The notes below the pieces were generated by a model. That model ran no database searches, was not told the DNA's origin, and worked only from the letters and a program-made list of their open reading frames with translations. Made by a program: the position numbers and the translations under genes. Positions 52,290 through 64,000 of a stretch of DNA of 64,000 nt are shown here, in pieces (within the stretch, counting starts at the first letter, position 1; each line of letters begins with the position of its first letter). Source of the stretch: the human T2T-CHM13v2.0 reference genome, Homo sapiens. Location: the NCBI RefSeq assembly GCF_009914755.1, contig NC_060931.1, one strand, 5' to 3'.

Positions 52290-53170
52290 TTCTTTAAACA
52301 TTTTTTAATTGTAGTAAGAACACAATGTATCTACCCTCTTAACAGATTTTTAAGTGCATAATACTGTATTGTTAACTATAGGGAAAATGTACAGAAGATC
52401 TCTAGGGCTTTATATGCATTGATTAGCAATTCCCCTTTTTCCCCTGCCCCTAGCCCCTGGTAACCACATTGTAATGGCTTATTTCACTTAGCATAATGTT
52501 CTCAAGGTTCATCCGTGTTGCTGCATATTGTAGAATTTCCTTTCTTTTTAATATGTCATTGGATTTACACACCACATTTCCTTTGTCCTTTCATCCATCA
52601 ATGGACATTTAGGTTATTTCCACAGCTTAGCGATTGTGACTAGTATTGCTATGAACAGTGAGTGCAGACATCTCTTCAAGATCCTGATTTCAATTCTTTT
52701 GGATAAATACCCAGCAGTGGGATTGCCAGATCATATGGTAGTTCTGTTTTTAATTTTTTGAGGAGAGGTCAAAGCAGGTGTATCTCTTGAGCCTGGGAGT
52801 TCAAGACCAGCCTGGGCAACATGGCAAAACTCCGACTCTACAAAAAATACATGCACACCTGTAGTCTCAGCTACTTGGGGGGCTGAGATGGGACGGTCAG
52901 TTGAGGCCAGGAATTCGAGACCAGCCTGGGCAACATGGTGAAACTCTGTCTCTACTAAAAATACAAAAATTAGTCTTGGCAGGTGCCTATAATCCCAGCT
53001 ACTGGGAGGCTGAGGTGGGAGGATCACTTGAGCCCAGGAGGCAGAGGTTGCAGTGAGCAGAGATCACGTCATTGCACTCCAGCTTGGACGACAGAGCGAG
53101 ACTCTGCTTAAAAAAAAAAAAATTTTTTTTTGAGGAACCAAACCTCCATACTGTTTCTATAGAAACTGCA
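52290..53170 (-). mobile_element. L1MA/MB 3' fragment with an inserted Alu (52765-53122)
   Basis: TTTCACTTAGCATAATG...CATCAATGGACATTTAGG...GGATAAATACCCAGCAGTGGGATTGC. Confidence 0.8.
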
Positions 53171-54887
53171 TGAGGCTCTTCAGGATATTCTTAATAACAG
53201 CCTATTAATTTACCAATATATCACAAAGGATGTACAGTGTATCACTGAATTCCCGGTTCTCGTCTCAGAATCACCCAGTGAATCTGTCACATTCTGATTT
53301 AATTACCTGGGATGAAGCTGGGGCATTGCTATGTTGCAAAAGTTCTCCAATTGAGTCTAATGTGCAGCTGGAGTGGAGAACCATGAACCACTTCTAGCTG
53401 TTGAGAGGCTCCTCAATTTGAGTAAGAAATAAAGAAAATGTGTATTTATTAAGACAGCACTCAGGCAGTTTCAGCAAGGTGGACGGGGAGTGGAGCATGA
53501 GCATGGGAAACCTTCCAGCATCGAATCAACTGTGTAGAAGCTGAGAAGGATGCACCTGCAGGTGGGAGCTGGGAGGTAGGCCCTGGGTCCCGGTGACTCT
53601 TTGGTGTAGTTTACAGCTGAGCAGTTCCCGCCTGCTTCTCAGCAAAGGTCCCTTATGCATCTCTCATGTGCTTCTCCCACTCATCTTGCAAGACTCTGAA
53701 GTGTGAGTGCCATCTTTTCAGTTAAGTGAGCAGTATATGGAAACTTTCTCATGGGAAAGAACCGCATGTGGCGCACCCTGGACGTCACTCCTTGGCTGGT
53801 CCTGGATGCCCACCTCACCCCACCACACTCATGCCCCTCCCAGGAGGCGCCTTCTTGACAGTGTGGTCCTTCCTGGCTGACAATGACTTGGGTTTTCGTC
53901 GCCTCAGTTCCTGGCAGAGCTGTTCCCGTGCCCCGGTGCCACTGTGTGCACCTGCTTTAATCACCTCCCACTGCAGCTTCTGTCCTGCCACCCCTTGGGC
54001 TTCCTGATCTTTCCTTCATGCTTGCCCTTGAGCATCTTATGGCCTCTTTGAGCTTTCACTGTTTCTGCAATGGGGCCATTTCCATATCGACAGCTCTAGT
54101 GTTTCTGTCACTACTGGATTCTCCCATTCGCTTTGTGATGCATCATGGCTCTAGCTACACATCCTGCCTCTGTCTCAGACTCCATGTGTCTGTGACCAGC
54201 CCCCTGACTCCCTCCAGCCACTCACCCTGGCTGTCCCCACCATCAGGGGCCTGGCCACACCATCTGCTGCTGAGCTGCAGGACATGGCTGATCAGAAATG
54301 GAGCACAACAGTCAGGGGCAGAGCCCATTGACCAAAGCCTTGAATATACCATGATTTCCAAGATGTGTCTTGCTCTTCTGTCTTCAGAGTACAAAAAGGT
54401 AAACTCCTCTCAGGCAAGGATTCTACTTTCTCTCTTTTTGATAAATTAGCAGCATAGTTATTTTCCTGCTTGCTAGGTTAGATAAGCAGTGAGATCTGTC
54501 ACCTCTTTGTCCTCCTCTGGTTGAATTGCTTCTTTAATTCAAGTTTTAGTTTAGGAGGTAGAACTTTTTTTTTTTGTTTTTTTGAGACATGGTCTCATTC
54601 TGTCGCCCAGGCTGGAGTGCAGTGACACGACTACAGTCCACTGCAGCTTCTACCTCCCGGGCTCAAGTGATCCTCTCACCTCAGCCTTCTGAGTAGCTAG
54701 GACCACAGGTGCACACTACCATTCCTGGCTAACTTTTTTATTTTTTATTTTGTAGAGAGGGGGTTGCCCAGACTGGTTTCAAACTCCTGTGCTCAAGCAA
54801 TCTTCCCACCTTGGCCTCTGAAAGTGCTGGAATTATAGGCACAAGCCACTGCACTCGGCCAAATATTTTTAAGGTATATTTTATTAA

Positions 54888-55163
<276 letters not shown>

Positions 55164-55836
55164 TGATCTGCCTGCCTTGGCCTCCCAAAATGCTGGGATC
55201 ACAGGCGTGAGCCACTGCACCTAGCCAGACAATTTTAAGTGAACAAAATTTCATACACAATCTTACCATCCTAGTGCACCTGTTGTCTTCATTTTTGTTT
55301 TTTCTGGTTTCCTTCTACTTTCTACTAACATGTACATCTGTTTTTACATTGTAATTATAGTATGTAGCTGCATATAGTATAATGAAACAAAATTGTTTTC
55401 TGTTTTTCCTCCTGCTTTACATTATTGAGAAAACATGGTGCCATGTTTAATGTTGTCTTAGTGATTACCAATTTAAATGAGCTGATGTAATATATTTGCA
55501 TGCTCTGTGGTTGAAGATTTAGGTTGTTTCCAGGTTTTTGTTTGTTATAAGTAATACTCATATGGGCAGCTGTTTTCACTCAGTAAATCTGCAGGGCTGA
55601 CCACCAGGTCAGAGGCGTTGGAAGTTGGCCTTTCCACAGTGGTTTCGTCCACATCCTCTGGCGAACGTTGTTGATCGCTGAATCTGCTTTCCCACGACTG
55701 TAGAATCCCCCGGCCCCACAACTATAGTTTGATCACTTCCCTCCAAATGTAGATGTTAAGAGATCAGCAACGAATAACTATATGGGAAAACGTGAGGAGA
55801 AAATAGAAATACATGCGGGAAGAAGAATCGGGACTA

Positions 55837-56494
<658 letters not shown>

Positions 56495-59160
56495 TATTCG
56501 CTCTCCCATGTCCCTGCACACGCTGTGCCATGGGGCATCCTTTCCTGCCGTCCTGGCTCCCTGTCTGACTTCTCTTATTCTCTCCAGGTTGAGTTTGAAT
56601 TGCCTCCTGTGTGACCTGGGCCCAGCATCTGTGCCGCACTGTGGTGGTCTTGCTGCAGGGTGCAGGCCTATCCTCACTAAGTCCCACTTAGCATCTCTAG
56701 TTAAGACTTGAATAAAACACGATTATAAAGTGTGCAGATCCACAGATTGACCCAGCTCTTGTTTGCTCCCTGTCTGGTTCCTCCAGCATCGTATCTATGA
56801 AGAAAGTGGCTGAAATGCTCTGGCTAGAGGATGGTCTCCACTGTGTAAAAGCTTCCCAGGCAGCTGCAGTCTTAAAACAATTGTCTGCAGAATGCTCAAC
56901 GTGACCCTCTGCTTCCTGGAGTTTCTTCAGGTACAAATACCTCAGACCCCAGAAAGTGTGTTCCCAAACCGCTTCTCATGAACCATTGAATATTCAAAAG
57001 AGAGCTAAATTTCAAGCCTACTATATAAAAGCGTATCCCTGTAACACATGTGCCATAATACATAACTCTACTTTTGTCAGTCCTTACCATCTACCTCTCT
57101 GAATTTTCATGAATTTCAATTTCACAAGGGTAATTGTTTTACATATACAGGCAGTAGCATACAATAAAATACTCAGTATGTGTGCTGAGCACAGTGGCTT
57201 CTTCCTTTTTTTTTTTTTTTTTTTTTTTTGAGAGAGAGTTTCCCTCTTGTCACCCACTTTCCCTCTTGTCCACTGCACTAGAGTGCAGTGGCGACATCTC
57301 TGTTCACTGCAACCTCCGCCTCCCCGGTTCAAGCAATTCTCCTGCCTCAGCCTCCCAACCAAGTAGCTGGGATTATAGGCATGTGTCACCACGCCCGGCT
57401 AATTTTTGTATTTTTAGTAGATACGGGGTTTCTCCATGTTGGTCCGGCTGGTCTCGAACTCATGACCTCAGGTGATCCACTTGCCTCAGCCTTCCAAAGT
57501 GTTGGGATTACAGGTATGAGCCACCGCACCCGGCTGGCTTGCACTTGTTATACAAACGCGTTGAGAGGCCAAGGCAGGAGGATTGCTTGAGGCTAGGAGT
57601 TCAAGACCAGCCTGGACAATATGGTGAGACCATATCTCTACAAAAAATAAAAAATTGTCCAGGAGTGGTAGTGTGCACCTATAGTCTCAACTACTTGGGA
57701 GGCTGAAGCGGGAGGTTTGCTAGAGCCCAGGAGTTTGATGTTACAGTAAGCAATGACGGCAACACTACAACATTGCCACTTCAGCTTGGACAACAGAGTG
57801 AAACCCTGTCCCCCTGAAAACTCCCAAAAACCTCAGCATAAAAATAAGTAAATAAATAAATAAAATGTGCAGACAAACTAAAGCCAGCCGGAACGGCTAA
57901 TAAGAGAGAAAATGAATCAAGATTTGAAAAAAACACAGGAGGCTGGGTGAGATGTGAGATGGCTCACACCTGTAATCCCAGCACTTTGGGAGGCTGAGGC
58001 AGGAGGATCGCTTGAGCTCAGTAGTTTAATATCAGCCTGGCCATGGTGGAGAAACCCCGATTCTACGAAAATTTAAAAAAAAAAGAAGAAGAAGAGGCTG
58101 AGTATGTGGTGCGTGCTTATGGTCTCAGCTACTCATGAGGCTGAGGTAGGGAGATCACTTGAGCCTAGACATTTGAGGCTGCAGTGAGCTGTGATTGCGT
58201 CACTGCACTTCAGCCTGGGTGACAAAGTGAGACCTTGCCTCAAAAAACAAAGCAAAACAAAACAAATCCACAAGAGACCCTGGCAAAGATCTCTGTGCGA
58301 GGCAGAGAACTTCAGTGGTTCAGCTGCACCCCCACAATGTTTATTAAAATTAATCTATGAACATAGACAAAGATTCAAAGGCAGCACAGAAAATGATTTT
58401 ATTCGTAGGCATGGTAGAATTGTGGGTGCCTTTTTCCTTTTCCTTAAAATTCCTATGTTTCCCAATTTAACTACTGTGCAAATACTACTAATAAAGAAAT
58501 CCTGTATGAAAGACAAGATTGGAGAAACCAGGTTGACAGCAGCTCAAGAGAAGGAGGCTCAGAAAGGCCTGGCCTCAGGCTCTGTCATTGTGGGTGGGGC
58601 CCGCAGAGCAGTTCAGGAGGATGAGTCCAGACTGGGCAACACAAGAAAAAAGGAAGACCACAGAATGGGACAAAATAATTGCAAAGCATACATCTGATAT
58701 GGGATTAATATGCAGGCTATCATATAAAGAATTAAAGCTGAGGTTGGGCATAGTGGCTTGTGCCACCATGGATCACCTGAGGCCAGGAGTTCAAGACCAG
58801 GCTGAGCAACATAGTGAAACCCTGTTTCTACAAAAGATAAAAATAAAAATAAGGCCAGGCACGGTGGCTTCCACCTGTAATCTCAGCACTTTGGGAGGAC
58901 AAGTGGGCAGATGAGTTTCAGACCAGCCTGGTCAACATGGGGAAACCTCGTTTCTACTAAAAATACAAACATTAGCCAGGCATGGTGGTGCACACCTCCT
59001 GGTCTTGGGAGGCTAGGCCCGAGAATCACTTGAACCCTGGAGGTGGAGGTTGCAGTGAGCACTCCAGCCTGGGTGACACAGTGAGACTTTGTCTCAAAAA
59101 TAAATAAATGAATAAATAAAAATAAAAAGTAGAAATTAGGTGGGTGGGTATGGTGGCTCA

Positions 59161-59722
<562 letters not shown>

Positions 59723-59839
59723 TCACTAAAAAAAAAGAAAAAAAGCGGCGGGCGCGCTGGCTCACGCCTGTAATCCCAGCACTTTGGGAGGCTGAGGCGG
59801 GCAGATCACGAGGTCAGGAGATTGAGACCATCCTGGCTA

Positions 59840-60142
<303 letters not shown>

Positions 60143-62015
60143 CTACAGCACATGAAAGGACCTAGTGCTCACTTTGCATAAGTCACCGACTGAATACTTA
60201 GGATATATATCTGTTATACTTCAATTAAAAAGTTTAAAATGTATTACGGGGACCCTGGGGGGTCATTTAGATGGTAATGATTTGGCTGACCAAACTTCTA
60301 GATCCTAGAAATCCATGCGTCTTGATTGCCAAACTTCAGGCCTGGCCTTGGAAGAAAGACGTTGGCAGGAACCCAAGGAGGTTCAGGGGTCAGGGGTCAG
60401 CAGTCAGGGTGAATGGGGATCCAGGCTGCAGCCCATACAGCCAGGGCTAGTGCTGGGCTCAGTCCCAGCAGGAAGTCACAAGGCCAGGAGGCAGATGGCC
60501 TCTGCAGCAGGGCAGAGTGGGGCTGAGGCCCGGGCCCGTGTGGTGTCTCAGTCTGGGGTGACCGTTGAAGCTGCCCGTGTCCTGCCCTGATCTCTCATGG
60601 CTTCTGGCCGGTGGTCCTGGGCCTGCAGCCAGCAAGGCAGAATGACAGGCAGGGACTGTGTCCCGGTGGGTTCTTGCCAAGAAGGGACCCAGTCCCCCAC
60701 TGTGGCCCATGCCTTTCCATCTGTGACTTGTGACCCAATTCCATAGTCTTCCCACGGACCTGGGAAATTGCTTCATTCCCAATAATGGGAACTTTTTATG
60801 ATGACTTTGCTGGTCTCAGAGGTATGCCAACTCAGCTCTCCAGAACTATAGGGAGAGACTGACACCCAGAGAGATGGCATGATTTGTCCCTGGGGGCAGA
60901 GTGAGAGAGAAAAGCCAGGGTTTCTAACAGCTGGGGCTCTCAGGCTCACTGCCCACCCCAGGGAGGGCAGTTTCAACTCTGCTCAGGACGGGTCAACACC
61001 TCTCCAAGTGCATTGTGGGCTGAGCCATATCTGAGAAACTGTTTAAAAGGAGGCATAAGAACATCATTTCTTTTAATTAAAAAAAAAATCTCAATTGCAA
61101 AACAAAATTGAGAGCCCAGGGGCTCATCACATTCCTGGTGCTGATGAAGTACAGAACTACAAGGCGGGGTTCTGTGCTTAAGGTCAGCTTTCTCTGCCAT
61201 CTTCCCGACCCTTGCATCTACTTTCTCAGCTCTGGACAGTGTGGGATATTAGGAAAGGGCCGACTCCCATCCCATTTCCAGAAGCTGCAGTCTCTGCTCC
61301 TCACCAGCTGTGTGTTCTTCCATGTGGCTTGGCCAGATTCAGCAAATAGAGGCACCAGGAAGCACCAGGCACCCTGCTGCCCTCCCTTCAGCCTCGGGGG
61401 ACATAGGCCCTGGCATGAGGAGGACCTGCATAGGCTTTCAGGAAGGAAAGCAGGAAATGGGCCCTGAGATAGGAATGTTTCTAAGGGCAGAATGGCCAGG
61501 CCGAGGTGAGGCAGGTCCTGGATCTGTCCAGGCCTCTTTCCTACCTGCCCTCCCACCCCCAACCCCCAGGCCCAGCCCCCGCCTTCAGATCAGCTGTCTA
61601 CCTGAAGCTCCTTTCCTCCTGGCTGGTCACTGACTTCTGGCCACCACCAAGCTCACCACGTGGCTCTCTTTACAAACCTGCTTCACACACAGGCTGCTTC
61701 ACACGCATGGTCCATTAGAGAGCCTGCTCCTGATGGCACACTTTGGGACACAGACACAAGCTGTCATTTGTTCAGACAGTATGGGAGTGCTCAGATTTAG
61801 AACCACTCAAAAATCATCCACAGTTATTGAGCACCTACTCTTTGTTGGATTCTGGGTCAGTAAAACCTGTATAGGACGGAGGTAGACAGGCTGTGAGAGT
61901 AGGGTGACTGATGGAATCCCGTAGTCGCTGTGTCCAGCCATCTAACTGAGCTGTAGGTAGCGTGGTAACTCAGTTTGTATTCAAAATATTGCTTCTCTGG
62001 CCAAGTGCACTCTGA

Positions 62016-62297
<282 letters not shown>

Positions 62298-63391
62298 TGA
62301 TCCATCCTCCTCAGCCTCCCAAAGTGCTGGGATTACAGGCATGAGCCACTGCACCTGGCCTTTAGATGAGCATTTCAACTATGCCAGGCCCTCTGGCATG
62401 GCTCCCAAGCCCTGAGGGAGATGGTTTGGCCTGGAGCCCTGAGGGAGATGGTTTGGCCTCTTCTCCTGGCCCTCCAGCCTCCACACACTCCTGCCCTAGC
62501 TCTGCCTTCTCACCTGGAGTTGCCTCTTCCCACCCCTGGTTGTGCACCTGCCCCAGGCCTTCACCCATGGTCTCCTCAAACCCTTTCCCTCCCTCCCTCT
62601 TTGGGTGCCTTCAGAGCCCAGTTTCAATGACACCTACTCCAGGACCCCTGATCTGCCTGAAAACTTGGTGGCTAAAAGCAACATCACATTGATTTTGCTC
62701 ACAAATCTGCAGTTTGGCAAGGCTCAGAGGGGATGGCTCAAGACTGAGGCTGGAGCCATCTGACATCTCACTCACTTGCCGGCTGGCTTTTGATGGCCTG
62801 CTGCAAAGGGGCAGAGTCGCCTCCATTTCCACATATTCCTTAGCCACACACTAGGCTGCCCCAGACTGGAGGCCACAAAAGGGCCTCTTTCTTTCCATGC
62901 CTTCGGTTTCTTCCAGTGAGCATGCATGATTTCTATATTTTAAAAGGACAGAAAATAAAACATAATTCTAATTTCCTTTTACTTTCATGTCAGGTTTACA
63001 TCTCTAATTGTAATGTCTTCAAACCATGGTATCTGAACATCCCATATTTTGCCCACTCATCTTCCCAGGTACCATTTCTAATTATTTGATAAAAATAGTA
63101 GAGTGGGCTGGGCATGGTGGCTCACACCTGTAATCCCAGCACTTTGGGAGGCTGAGGTGGGTGGATCACCTGAGGTCAGGAGTTCGAGACCAGCCTGACC
63201 AATATGGTGAAACCCTGTCTCTACTAAAAATATAAAAACTAGCTGGGCCTGGTGGCATGTGCCCGAAGTCCCAGCTACTGGGGAGGCTGAGACAGGAGAA
63301 TTGCTTGAACCCGGGAAGTGGAGGTTATAGTGAGCCAAGATTTTGCCACTGTGCTTCCAGCCTGGGTGACAGTGAGACTCTGTTTCAAAAG

Positions 63392-63452
63392 TAAAATAAA
63401 ATAAAATAAAATAAAATAAAATAAAATAAAATAAAATAAAATAAAATAAAAA
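63392..63452 (+). repeat. (TAAAA)~12 pentanucleotide Alu tail
   Basis: Perfect TAAAA units; TSD aaaaatagtagagtg flanks the Alu. Confidence 0.9.
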
Positions 63453-64000
63453 TAGTAGAGTGAATTAATACTCCACATTTTGAAAGCTTATCGGTTTAAG
63501 GCTGAGTGAAAACATTTCTGCTTAGAAATGCTGCTTCTGGTGATCTCTGTGCTATTGAAGTGGGTTCTGGCCCACATTTCAGCCCAGACACGCGAGCGCC
63601 CATTTGGGGCTGTCCCAGGAAGTGTGCTCGTATGTGTGCGTAAGCATGCATAAGTGTGCGTAGCTTGTGTTGCCATAGTGATTTGGTTTGGGAGAAGTAA
63701 CAGAGAGCTCAGGCTTTTATGGACAGTTATGTGGTTTAGACAAGTAGTCTTTCTTTTTCCTGGAATCATAGAAAAGCAGCCTTGTGTGATGGTGAAGTCT
63801 GCATCTTCTCCAGTCCCCCAATTCTGCCCCCACAGGCTCAGCGCTGCCTGTGGCTGTCACAACCACATACTGTTCCAAATGGGAATCTGTACCAGTAAAT
63901 GGATTTGGGTAAATCTATAAGACTGGCTTGACTTTTTAAATATCAAACAATATAAACACCTCAATGATTAATATAATAGATCTTTTGAAAAATTATAAAA

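Noticed and set aside
53726-54449. 93-143 aa ORFs in non-Alu sequence
   Set aside because: No recognisable homology, exon structure or codon bias; lengths are compatible with chance.
56697-57090. Possible processed-pseudogene fragment
   Set aside because: Peptides match nothing I recognise, and there is no poly(A) tail or TSD.

Overview
Human (hominoid) genomic DNA, very Alu-rich (roughly 75 copies counted by eye), recognisable as the PURB locus (7p13, from prior knowledge). The only supportable protein-coding gene is intronless PURB (32823-33761, minus, 312 aa). It has a CpG-island promoter, a strong-context 14-codon uORF and an ~8.1-kb 3'UTR ending at a canonical poly(A) site near 24705. 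That UTR carries the MIR4657 hairpin, four 8-mer miR-499-5p sites and an inverted Alu pair. The most striking unexplained structure is a full-length SVA (minus strand, ~18796-21071). Its 14-bp target-site duplication lies ~600 bp beyond the SVA poly(A), so it appears to have carried in a 3'-transduced block of DNA from another locus. The rest of the window is layered transposon fossils: a hAT-Blackjack element with readable transposase remnants, Tigger3/Tigger4, MER6, MER1A, MER5A, several solo LTRs, and L1/L2/MIR. Almost all other ORFs in the track are Alu or SVA-VNTR artefacts. Repeat subfamily names are from recognition by eye, and repeat coordinates are approximate.
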